Below, in pieces: positions 34,022-43,152 of a DNA stretch of 59,367 bases. The DNA is from a virus (lineage: Duplodnaviria > Caudoviricetes). Where the stretch lies: the IMG/VR virus record IMGVR_UViG_3300037244_000010, positions 1 to 59,367 of that record; one strand, 5' to 3'. How positions within the stretch are numbered: the first letter of the stretch is position 1; each line of letters begins with the position of its first letter. Position numbers and translations under genes: made by a program. A model generated the notes under the pieces. That model saw nothing but the letters and a program-made list of their open reading frames with translations. It did not search any database and was not told the DNA's origin.

Positions 34022-37000
34022 ATGAAACGAATTGCGCCCTTTCTTTTCCTGATCTTGTCAGTTATCACATGCTTTGCTCAGACCCAGATTGACCCGACTT
34101 ACCAGATTCGGTGGAACGCTCTTGCTTATCCTGGCGCGCCTGCTGCAAACGGGATCACATGCACCCAGAACGGAAACTACGCGATTTATCCTTACGGCGC
34201 AGAGTGGGGGCAGTCTTATCAGGACACGACGAATAATGTCGAGTACAAATGCACAACATCTGGATGGGTGAAGAATCTACCCACGACAGGCGGCACGCTG
34301 ACCGGCCCACTCAACGGCACCAGCGCATCGTTCTCAGGCACCGTCGCGTCTCCCGCCATAGTGCCTACCAATATCACTCCCAGTACGTCTCCAATCTGTG
34401 CCAACGGCACAGGCGGGGCACTTACAACTATGGGGTGCGGTGGTGCAGGCGTAACGCAGATCATACCTGGGACAAACGTCACCATTTCGCCTAGTGGGGG
34501 CACAGGTGCAGTAACAATCAACAGCACAGGCGCTGGCTTGCCGACAAACGCTGTAGTTGCGTGGGCTGGTGATTCACGGTTCTGGGTTTCCGGATCCAAT
34601 TCCTCCGCTGGCACTGCGGAGGGATCGATTACTTCTGGCTCTGTATCGGGCGGAGTACTGACTGCCCAGGTCGGTAATCTGTCAAACTCGACTCCATCTT
34701 ATGCGGGCACAATCTATAAACTTTATGGATTCACAGGCGCATACGCTGCCTTGAACGGTCAACATGTAACGGTCACTTCGGGCTCATCCTCACAGTTTGT
34801 GGCCACCGTGACCGGCGTCTCTGATGGCACGACGGTTGGAACAGGTTCGTTCATTGCCGATAGTATGGCCTTTGCAGTGTTTGGTACTAAACTTCCAAGC
34901 ACAAGCAGTTCTGTTTTTGTGGATGTTAGTACAGGTGTCGAAACTACCACAGATACCTTTATTGCCGCCTATCTATCAAAGCTGCACCCCATTAGCCCGG
35001 CTGTGACCGGATCGACAGGCTATCTGGTGCTGCAATTGGGCATCAACGATATTGTGACGCTGGAAAGCGCCTCTGCCGCTTATGTTGAAAACAACTATCT
35101 AACGATATGGGCAATGGCTCATGCCGATGGCTGGAAGATCCTCCAGACATCACTGATACCATATGGCACAGATCAGGGGCGGCTCTCCACAATCAATGAA
35201 GTCAACCTTTGGCTCCGTGGACGTTCCCCACAGGATGCAGTAACCAACAGCCAGAACTGGGATATCTTTGACGATGTTGCTCAGATACTTCCCACCGACA
35301 CGGATGCAGCGGTCTTTATGCAAACCGGCTCGCCCAATCCTCACCATTTGAACGATAGTGGAAACAACTTGCTGGCCGCATCGGTGGCGCAGGGCTTATC
35401 CTCCCCGCTCTCTTCTTTGTATTCTCTCAATGCTGATTACAATTTTGGATTAAACTGGGCGCTCATCAACGGAGGCACCCTTACCAACCAAGGTCTTATA
35501 GTGGGGAACAATGCATCTATATCACCCATCGGTAACGGTAGCATCGCGGCAACCTCTTTAGACGGTGTCACGGTGTCCGGCACACCTACTCCAGGGCAAT
35601 CTGTGATTGCTTCTGGGTCTACCTCAGCAGTGTGGGGGTATGTACCCTGTGGATACAACGATATTCCATGCACTGATGCTGCTAATAGCTGGTTTGGAAC
35701 TCAGACGTACACTACGTCTGGCCCTGCCTCACCAGCCGTAATCGAGAAAGGCTCCGCTGGTGCGATCTCTTCGGTGTTTGTGCAAAGCGCATTTGTCAGT
35801 ACTGGTTCTCCCTATACTCTGTCTTTCACGTCCCCTGTAACCGCTGGCGATACACTGCTGGTGTTTGAGACATCAGACTATGGCACAACAATCACAGACA
35901 CTCTGGGTAACACCTTCACTGGTGTTCCCGGATGTGGGACTAGTGGCTGTGGCAATCCCTTTTCGACCGCGATGGCCTATAGCGCAACTGGCGGGGCAGA
36001 TACAATAACTGTAACCCCATCTTCGTCACAAAGTTTTTATGTCTTGATTGCTGAGTACCGCGGTCCCCTATCTGTATCTCCTCTGGATGGTACTCCAGCT
36101 AACACAGACAACAACTTTAGCACCGGCTCAGGCGGCGCAACTACAGTCGGTCCTATAACCACTGTGGCGAACGGTGATTTGATTATCACCGCTACATCCA
36201 CGGACAACAATCTGGGAGCCCCTAGCGTTGCAGGATTCACAGCACGTGATTCCACCGATAAACTCAATCTTTACGACACAATACAAGTCTCGGCAGGGAA
36301 CCAATCCGCTGCTTGGAATTGGGCTACGGGTTATGGACGGTCAGTAGGTACTCTGTTCGCGCTCAAAGCACAAACCCTCTCAGGTCAAACCGCCGACTTG
36401 CATCAGTATGAATCAGCTGCGGGAGCCTTGGTAGGCGCGGTGAACGCATACGGGCAAATCCAACTTCCTACTGCCTCCAACTTACCAACCAACACCCCGG
36501 TTGACTCTGGTGTTGCGCTTGCGGCGGACACTACCTGCACGAGTTTACTGGCGGTCTACACCGGAAGCGCGTGGGAGTGCCTGCCAAGTAATCCTGGCAC
36601 AGTAACCAGCGTAGGCTTGACCATGCCGGGAGTGATTTTCAATTCCACGGTGCCTGGCTCTCCTGTGACGACATCTAGTACACTAGCACCAACTCTAGCA
36701 ACACAGACAGCAAATACTGTGCTGGCCGGTCCTGCGACCGGAAGCCCGGCAACGCCTACATTCCGAGCGTTGGTGAGCGCCGACATCCCAAACAATGCGG
36801 CGAGTACCACAGGCACAGCGGCTAATCTGAGCGGCACACCCGCCTTGCCCAACGGCACGACGGCCACGACTCAGAGCGTGGCGGACAACAGCACGAACCT
36901 GGAAACCACTGCGGGAACACTAGCTAAGATTACGGCCAAAACCTTGAGTTTGAATGTCCCTGCTTGGCTGCAAAATCTAGGCGACGGCTCGGACGGTAAC

Positions 37001-38374
37001 AATCTGACCGCCTATGCGGCCCTGACCGGCGACTTGTACTACAACAACTTCACCGTGCCGTATGGAAACACGGTAACAAGCAGTGCATACCAAGGTAGCC
37101 TAACCATCCATGCAAAAGGTACCTGCACGATTGCGGGATTGATAACCAGCACGAATAATAACTATATAAGTAACGGCCTTTATGGCGGGTCTTCCGGTGC
37201 AACTGGCGGGGGAACGTCGGCGGGTTCTGCGGGCAAAAGCACTCTCGGACCGCCTGGGATGAGTTCTTATGTCTGGGGCGGTATCACTATTGGAGCCGCG
37301 GGGCAAGCGGGAGGCGGTTCCGCATGGTCAGATCAAGCGCTAACTGGCGGAGCTTTGACAGAGTGGGCAAGAGTGGTTGCTACAGCTGGAGGAGCCACGG
37401 ACGGGCAATTCCTAGGCGGTGCTCCGAGTGCGGCAGGAACTAGTAGTTCTCAAGGTTCGGGAGTTACTCTGATCTGCGGCTCGATTGTGGGCACCGATGG
37501 TACACACACCGGCATCATTGATATGAGTGCTTCTCCCTCATCACCTCCTACCGCCAACAACACAGGCGCACAAGCGGGCGGCGGTGGTGGAGTTGTGCTG
37601 CTCTCGTCACAGTCCGCAATCGCCACGCCTCCGCTAGTCTATGTGGCTGGTGGCGCGGCTGCAATCGGCTCCGCCATCCTCACCACACCGGTCAATGGCA
37701 CGTTTACGACAGCGACGACAGGCGGTTCCTTAACAGGTTCCACAAGTTATTACTACACCGTTGTGGCACACAAGGGGCCAAATGGCTCCACGGCGCAGTC
37801 TACCGAAACCAGCCTTGCAACAGGCGCAGGAACCAACACCAATACCATTACTGTAAAATGGGCGGTCGTTCCTGGGGCGCAGAGCTACGACATCTGCGGC
37901 CGCACAACTGGCTCAGAGCAGCTGATTGCGACAATACTGAATAATGGTGCTGGAAATAATCCTCTGGCTACCCAGTATGTGGATACCGGCTCCATCACTC
38001 CTAGCGGAACGTGCTCAACTACAAACACTACATCTGGCTGGTTTACCACGCCGCAGGCCTTGAGCCACGGCGGCACCTGCACAAGTCCTGCCAAGCTGCT
38101 GCTGGGTGTTACCTCTGGCGCTCTCAATGGCACAGCAACGGTGATTCAAGCCGGTGCTGGGTGCGGCACGGGAACTGGAGTGCAATGGAGTGTGTTAGGT
38201 GCTGGCGGAACATTGGGCACAGGCACGGTTAATCCAACATGGTCTGGCGGCTCGGTCGTATCGGCTACCACAACCCCGGGCACAAGCTCAGGCTACACGC
38301 CAGTCAATTACACCGTCTCTGGTGATGGCGGAGATGGCTCCCCGGGCGTAACCGCAACATTTCAAGGATGGTAA
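34022..38374 (+). CDS. Large fibre/adhesin-like protein with Sec signal peptide and SGNH hydrolase domain
   Basis: MKRIAPFLFLILSVITCFA|Q; SGNH blocks AGDS, LGIND, HLNDSG; fibre-type motifs GGTLTGPL, GTVTSVGL, PTFRALVSADIP; Gly-rich and FN3-like regions. Confidence 0.8.
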   Translation: MKRIAPFLFLILSVITCFAQTQIDPTYQIRWNALAYPGAPAANGITCTQNGNYAIYPYGAEWGQSYQDTTNNVEYKCTTSGWVKNLPTTGGTLTGPLNGTSASFSGTVASPAIVPTNITPSTSPICANGTGGALTTMGCGGAGVTQIIPGTNVTISPSGGTGAVTINSTGAGLPTNAVVAWAGDSRFWVSGSNSSAGTAEGSITSGSVSGGVLTAQVGNLSNSTPSYAGTIYKLYGFTGAYAALNGQHVTVTSGSSSQFVATVTGVSDGTTVGTGSFIADSMAFAVFGTKLPSTSSSVFVDVSTGVETTTDTFIAAYLSKLHPISPAVTGSTGYLVLQLGINDIVTLESASAAYVENNYLTIWAMAHADGWKILQTSLIPYGTDQGRLSTINEVNLWLRGRSPQDAVTNSQNWDIFDDVAQILPTDTDAAVFMQTGSPNPHHLNDSGNNLLAASVAQGLSSPLSSLYSLNADYNFGLNWALINGGTLTNQGLIVGNNASISPIGNGSIAATSLDGVTVSGTPTPGQSVIASGSTSAVWGYVPCGYNDIPCTDAANSWFGTQTYTTSGPASPAVIEKGSAGAISSVFVQSAFVSTGSPYTLSFTSPVTAGDTLLVFETSDYGTTITDTLGNTFTGVPGCGTSGCGNPFSTAMAYSATGGADTITVTPSSSQSFYVLIAEYRGPLSVSPLDGTPANTDNNFSTGSGGATTVGPITTVANGDLIITATSTDNNLGAPSVAGFTARDSTDKLNLYDTIQVSAGNQSAAWNWATGYGRSVGTLFALKAQTLSGQTADLHQYESAAGALVGAVNAYGQIQLPTASNLPTNTPVDSGVALAADTTCTSLLAVYTGSAWECLPSNPGTVTSVGLTMPGVIFNSTVPGSPVTTSSTLAPTLATQTANTVLAGPATGSPATPTFRALVSADIPNNAASTTGTAANLSGTPALPNGTTATTQSVADNSTNLETTAGTLAKITAKTLSLNVPAWLQNLGDGSDGNNLTAYAALTGDLYYNNFTVPYGNTVTSSAYQGSLTIHAKGTCTIAGLITSTNNNYISNGLYGGSSGATGGGTSAGSAGKSTLGPPGMSSYVWGGITIGAAGQAGGGSAWSDQALTGGALTEWARVVATAGGATDGQFLGGAPSAAGTSSSQGSGVTLICGSIVGTDGTHTGIIDMSASPSSPPTANNTGAQAGGGGGVVLLSSQSAIATPPLVYVAGGAAAIGSAILTTPVNGTFTTATTGGSLTGSTSYYYTVVAHKGPNGSTAQSTETSLATGAGTNTNTITVKWAVVPGAQSYDICGRTTGSEQLIATILNNGAGNNPLATQYVDTGSITPSGTCSTTNTTSGWFTTPQALSHGGTCTSPAKLLLGVTSGALNGTATVIQAGAGCGTGTGVQWSVLGAGGTLGTGTVNPTWSGGSVVSATTTPGTSSGYTPVNYTVSGDGGDGSPGVTATFQGW

Positions 38375-38376
38375 AC

Positions 38377-38649
38377 ATGGCAGACTTTGGCAGTTTGACG
38401 ATAAACAGCGACGGCAGCGCGACTCTGAGCGTGACATTTGATATCGCAGGCGTCCAGTGTGACCCATCGCTGGCAGCCAATGACACGGACTTTCCTCTGC
38501 CGGTGCGGGCAGATGGCAACGGTAATATCATCCCTTGGACACAGGCCGCGGCTCAAGCTACGCTGGGGCCACAGATCGCAGCAGCTAAGGCGGCATTTCT
38601 TGCGGCTGCTCCGGAATGGATACCAACCCTCCCTGCATCTGGGGAGTAG
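38377..38649 (+). CDS. Hypothetical protein (fibre-associated)
   Basis: Directly after the fibre gene. Confidence 0.6.
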   Translation: MADFGSLTINSDGSATLSVTFDIAGVQCDPSLAANDTDFPLPVRADGNGNIIPWTQAAAQATLGPQIAAAKAAFLAAAPEWIPTLPASGE

Positions 38650-38814
38650 TGGCACAGAACGAAGGCTAGGAGGCCTCATGGCAACACCAATTCCTTGTGC
38701 AGCCACCACACCAAAACCAATCCCCAATAAGTAGCCGCAGTTGTCCGCACTGCGGTGCCTGAGCAGGACCGGCATCTACGATAGAGAGATAGGCCAAAGG
38801 AGGGCCTGAGCAAC

Positions 38815-39948
38815 ATGGCAAACAATCTCAGGCCTGCGTCATCGATCAACGACCTCAGAACTCAAGCGCACATGCAACTATCTGCACGACTTGAGTCGCT
38901 CGACCTGACGCCCCTGCTTATCAGGACTCTAGGAAACAACCTCCCGGCATCCATCTTGCCCTACTTGACATGGGAACTAGACATGATGGTGCCGAGTGTC
39001 CCGATGCAGCAGCTAGGGGCTACGGCGTTAGATGTTATCCAGAACGCCCTACCTCTGCATCGCATCAGTGGCACTCCTGGCGCAATCATCCATGCTCTTG
39101 CCTTGTGCGGCATAACAGCAACGATCTTAGAGGGTCAAGACTCATGGGGAGGTACTTCATATCCAGCCAGTCAAGGATGGGCTGTCTTCAGGGTGGGATT
39201 TACCGGTGCTGGGATGGCCCCCGCTGGACTAATCAACGGAACCAATATGCACTTTGTTCTTCCTGAGACGCCAAACGGTAACTCGCTCCGAGTCTTCTAT
39301 AACGGACTCCTTCTGCGGCCGACGACAGACTATGGAGTTTCAGGACTCAACATGACCACGGCATTCGCGCCGGCTACGAACGCGACGCTCTTGATTGTGT
39401 TTCGCAGCGGCACATCCATCCCACTATATTTCGATGCCATTGTGCCAACAGTCTCAGGCTCAAATCTAACTTTTCCTGAGACGCCGGTCAGCATTGAATT
39501 GTATAAGAATGGCATATTGCAGAGTGGGGGATTGAATGCAAGTCAGCTTTCCGCACTGGAGATCATCGTCAACTTCTTCAAGCCAGCGCGGTGCCTATTG
39601 GATTCCGTTTATGCCTTAGGTGGCAAGGATTACTCGATTTCGGGGAACACGGCGGCGCTGACGGTTGCTCCGAAGTCTACCGACTCGTTCATTGCGTGGG
39701 GAACTTACGCGGGCACAGGCACCGCGCCGAACTACGCTGACTATGTGACGCCGACAGGACTCGTAAACGGCTCCAATACCGTGTTTACCCTTCCCCAAGC
39801 TCCGAGTCCTGCTGCCAGTCTCAGGCTGTACCGAGGATGGCAAGTACTGAAGCCGGGAGGGGTTGACTTCACCTTGAGCGGCGCAACGATCACCTACACC
39901 ATCGCCCCGGCGCCCACGGCCACGCATCTAGCCTTCTACCGCTACTAG
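38815..39948 (+). CDS. P2 gpI-like baseplate/tail protein with added repeat modules
   Basis: LDLTPLL..LPYLTWELD..LHRISGTPGAI; modules NGxN..F.LP..P..SLR...NG....DY..SG. Confidence 0.8.
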   Translation: MANNLRPASSINDLRTQAHMQLSARLESLDLTPLLIRTLGNNLPASILPYLTWELDMMVPSVPMQQLGATALDVIQNALPLHRISGTPGAIIHALALCGITATILEGQDSWGGTSYPASQGWAVFRVGFTGAGMAPAGLINGTNMHFVLPETPNGNSLRVFYNGLLLRPTTDYGVSGLNMTTAFAPATNATLLIVFRSGTSIPLYFDAIVPTVSGSNLTFPETPVSIELYKNGILQSGGLNASQLSALEIIVNFFKPARCLLDSVYALGGKDYSISGNTAALTVAPKSTDSFIAWGTYAGTGTAPNYADYVTPTGLVNGSNTVFTLPQAPSPAASLRLYRGWQVLKPGGVDFTLSGATITYTIAPAPTATHLAFYRY

Positions 39949-39950
39949 GG

Positions 39951-40032
39951 TGCGGTACAATCGGCATTGACGGGTACAGAACCAGTCTGACTCGCCACAT
40001 GACCTTGATAAGAGGATCAGTGGCGAGTCTTT
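39951..40032 (+). promoter_or_regulatory. Late leader element C
   Basis: TACAAT-7nt-GACGGGTAC-hairpin-terminator GACTCGCCAC/GTGGCGAGTC-TTTCACTTT. Confidence 0.8.
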
Positions 40033-40051
40033 CACTTTGGAGGGAACACTG

Positions 40052-40336
40052 ATGGAAACGAAGATTGAACCGAACGAAACCGCTATTGTGACTCCTGTTA
40101 TGCTGCCAGCCTGCCCGTACTGCGCAGACGATCCGGCCCGGCTCTCGATCATGAACCAGATATTTCCCGGCGGCATGATTGGTGCCATCATCTTTTGCGG
40201 AAACCCAGAGTGCCGGAAGATCATCTCGACGCAGATCGTTGGGCGTATCGAGCAACAGACGGTAAATCAGGACTCAAAACCGCAAGAGGCCGTAGTTGCT
40301 GGCCCACAGTTGGTGAAGTCTCCGGAGGCCCTGTGA
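40052..40336 (+). CDS. Small Zn-binding hypothetical protein
   Basis: GGAGGG RBS; CPYC..CGNPEC. Confidence 0.7.
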   Translation: METKIEPNETAIVTPVMLPACPYCADDPARLSIMNQIFPGGMIGAIIFCGNPECRKIISTQIVGRIEQQTVNQDSKPQEAVVAGPQLVKSPEAL

Positions 40337-41406
40337 ATCGATCAGTAAAGCGCATCATTGCCCTCGCCGCTCTCTGGCTGTGCGCGGCCTTCGCCATCGC
40401 CCAGGCTCCTATCGGGGTCTGCGTCAACAACGTTGCACAGACCATCTCGAACGGCGTCATCGCTCCGATACCCTACGCCACGGTTGCGCTCTGCACACCA
40501 GGGTCGACTGCGTCCAACTGTGTTGCAAACAAGGTCAGCATCTACACCACGACAGACCTCAGCACGGCAACCCCCACAAACCCATTCACGGCCGATGCCG
40601 GCGGCAACTACTACTTCTGCGCCCACGTGGGGCATTACGGACTCCTGATCAACTCCTCGTATGGTCAGTATTTTGTTCCCGATGTGACCTTGGTTGACAA
40701 CTGGGCGGCCGGCGGCACAATGACAGGGACACTCACTGACGCCGCAGGATTCATCGGGCCGCTGACCGGCAACGCCACGACAGCCTCCGCGTCAGATCAC
40801 ACTCCGACGCAATGCGGATCAGGACTCTACTCGCAAGGCGATACCACTACATGGGCAGCCAACTGCTCTCAGGTCCTGTGGAACCAAATAGGCGGTGACC
40901 CTGCACTGGTGACGAGTTTCAATACCCGCACGGGAGCCGTGACGCTGACCGCCGCTGATGTGGATGCAGTCGGCAACATCACCAATAGCACGAGCGGCAA
41001 TGCTGGGACGGCTACAGCGTTTGCGAATGCCCCAAGCGTACTCACGAGTCCTGCCGTTGCCAAAGGTGTGGACGCATCTGGAAACGCGATTGCTCAGACC
41101 TTTGCTGGCACGATGGCCGCTTCTGGTTATACGACTCTACCTGGCGGTGTCATGCTGCAATGGGTGCAAGGGTCCGAAATGTCGGCAGTTGGGACTGAGA
41201 CTGTGAGCTGGACCGGGACAGTTCCAAATGGCTGTCTTGGGGCATGGGTTAGCACGATACCGAGCGGCGGCATCGGAGACGGAACTTCACTCAGCTATTT
41301 CACGATGGTTTCATGGAACTCTTCGGGGGCTACGGTGTCATTCCAGCGTAACGCCGATCACACCTTTTACCCGGCAACCCCCATTGTTTTTGGCATTTGC
41401 TACTAG
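40333..41406 (+). CDS. Tail fibre-like protein with Sec signal peptide
   Basis: GGAGG then GTG; MNRSVKRIIALAALWLCAAFAIA|Q; VTSFNTRTGAVTLTAADV fibre repeat; C-terminal GYTTLPGGVMLQW fibre-tip motif. Confidence 0.8.
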   Translation: MNRSVKRIIALAALWLCAAFAIAQAPIGVCVNNVAQTISNGVIAPIPYATVALCTPGSTASNCVANKVSIYTTTDLSTATPTNPFTADAGGNYYFCAHVGHYGLLINSSYGQYFVPDVTLVDNWAAGGTMTGTLTDAAGFIGPLTGNATTASASDHTPTQCGSGLYSQGDTTTWAANCSQVLWNQIGGDPALVTSFNTRTGAVTLTAADVDAVGNITNSTSGNAGTATAFANAPSVLTSPAVAKGVDASGNAIAQTFAGTMAASGYTTLPGGVMLQWVQGSEMSAVGTETVSWTGTVPNGCLGAWVSTIPSGGIGDGTSLSYFTMVSWNSSGATVSFQRNADHTFYPATPIVFGICY

Positions 41407-41415
41407 GGAGTAAAA

Positions 41416-41757
41416 ATGGTTGAGCGCAGAACGAACGTAAGCCAATTCGCCGGGGTGAACGCTCTCCAAAAAGACATTGAGCGGCTAACCAAAGAGCGTG
41501 ACGCCTTCGCCAAAGAGCGAGAGAATGCGCAGACAAGGCTACTCGAAGAGCATGGCGTAGCGCTGGCAGCACTGAAGACCGACCTTACTTTGATGGTAGA
41601 GCGCACGAAGGATCTTCCTGCTGCTATCGAAAAACTTAACACTCGACTGACCTCCCAGGAACGGTGGAAGATCCTCATGACCGGTTACGCGGCCGCCTTT
41701 GGCATCATGGGAGCATTCCTGGGATGGGTTACAAATTTGATCTTCCGCGCGCACTAA
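41416..41757 (+). CDS. Coiled-coil protein with C-terminal TM helix (lysis cassette, holin-like)
   Basis: Hydrophobic C-terminus; precedes endolysin. Confidence 0.6.
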   Translation: MVERRTNVSQFAGVNALQKDIERLTKERDAFAKERENAQTRLLEEHGVALAALKTDLTLMVERTKDLPAAIEKLNTRLTSQERWKILMTGYAAAFGIMGAFLGWVTNLIFRAH

Positions 41758-41839
41758 AACGGGTACGCCATGGATATACCGAGTCCCAATCCGGAATGGC
41801 CCCGCGATCTTCCGCAACCCGACGACCTATGAGGGCAAC

Positions 41840-42352
41840 ATGAACAGCTTTCCAAAGATCGACGTACTGGCTGCCTGCGCAAAGTATGGCCCGGTATTGA
41901 AAGTCCCGACAGGACTCGACGGTGAACGTATCATGGCCTCCCTGGCTTCTAACGAGAGCAGCACTGGCAACGACTGCGGGCCGCGGCATGAACCCGCATA
42001 CGACGTAGGCGGTTCGGTATGGGCTTCGAGTCCTGCGCAGCGCGCGCTCGTGGCCCAGTACGGTCGTCTCGGGGCCTCCAGTTTTGGCCCATGGCAACTC
42101 ATGCTTATCAACTACCCAGGGTTCTCGCCGGCAGAACTAGAGATCAACCTCGACGACTGTGCCCGCGGATGCGTCAGCCACTTCAATTCCTACGTGGCGC
42201 ACTTTGAGCCCAAGAACCTCGTGGAGATCGGTCAAATCTGGAACCTCGGCCACAAGACGGTCAACCCTACGGCTGGCGTTATCAAATACTGCGCCGATTT
42301 GCAAAAGGCGTACGATTATTCTGTGAAGCAACCCGCTTCGGCGGTATCCTAA
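41840..42352 (+). CDS. Endolysin, lysozyme/lytic-transglycosylase-like
   Basis: ASNESS (catalytic Glu), SSFGPWQLM, WNLG motifs. Confidence 0.7.
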   Translation: MNSFPKIDVLAACAKYGPVLKVPTGLDGERIMASLASNESSTGNDCGPRHEPAYDVGGSVWASSPAQRALVAQYGRLGASSFGPWQLMLINYPGFSPAELEINLDDCARGCVSHFNSYVAHFEPKNLVEIGQIWNLGHKTVNPTAGVIKYCADLQKAYDYSVKQPASAVS

Positions 42353-42367
42353 AGCGAAGAGGGCAGC

Positions 42368-42613
42368 ATGAAGCTACCTGAGCCCTTCTGGGCAGTTCTA
42401 CTCGCAGTTCTGGGGGTGATCGTTGCATTGGCCGTCCTTTTTCACCCGGACCCGGTCGCAGTTGGAACCGCCGTCCTCGCAATCGCCTCCAACCTCGTCA
42501 GCGGCGCCCTCGGAGCCTTTGCCGGTCATGCAAGCCAAACCAGCAACTCCACAGGACCCAACGCAACAATCAACAACCCTGGAGCCACCTTTCCCGGTGA
42601 CGCAAACAAGTAG
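42368..42613 (+). CDS. Putative holin (2 TM)
   Basis: Two hydrophobic helices; next to endolysin. Confidence 0.65.
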   Translation: MKLPEPFWAVLLAVLGVIVALAVLFHPDPVAVGTAVLAIASNLVSGALGAFAGHASQTSNSTGPNATINNPGATFPGDANK

Positions 42614-42632
42614 CGCCAAGGAGGCGCAAGAC

Positions 42633-43082
42633 ATGGGATTTTCAATCAAGGCAGTCATCAGCGACATTGAAGGCAGCGAAAAGACCTTCGTTAGCTTCCT
42701 GGTCAAAGAGTACGCGGAGTTCTACAAGAATGAACCCACGCTGATTCAGACCGTCGATACTGTGGTCAGCTATACGGAGGACGGACTTGCTATCGTTCTT
42801 CCGTTGGCCGGAGAGGGCGCATTGGCTGGCCCCATCGATGCCATCGTAGAAGAGGCTGTAACTGACCTCAACCGTGCCTCGGCTTTGGTGTACGACTTTG
42901 GCCCGAGCCCCACCGCAGCTTCGATCTTTGCCGCTGTGCAGTCCAATCTCGTGGCTTTGGAGACGGCAGGCCACATCACAAACCCCGCCACGATTGCCAA
43001 ACTCAAGCTCATTATCAACGCTATCGGCACGGTTGCTCAGCTGATTGCCAAGGCAGTTGCTGCGGCAACTCCATCGGCCTAA
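42633..43082 (+). CDS. Hypothetical protein (lysis region)
   Basis: AAGGAGG RBS; amphipathic Ala-rich. Confidence 0.7.
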   Translation: MGFSIKAVISDIEGSEKTFVSFLVKEYAEFYKNEPTLIQTVDTVVSYTEDGLAIVLPLAGEGALAGPIDAIVEEAVTDLNRASALVYDFGPSPTAASIFAAVQSNLVALETAGHITNPATIAKLKLIINAIGTVAQLIAKAVAAATPSA

Positions 43083-43152
43083 TACGTTCACTGCACCACT
43101 TCATACGGCAGCCGGTCTCGCAAAGGACCGGCTGAATTTTCGGAGGTACACC

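Noticed and set aside
34022-41406. Diversity-generating retroelement or invertible fibre cassette
   Set aside because: No reverse transcriptase, invertase, or TR/VR repeat pair seen.
41757-41770. Another late leader (AACGGGTAC)
   Set aside because: Only the 8-nt core matches; no -10 at the right spacing, no ANCAN hairpin and no terminator.
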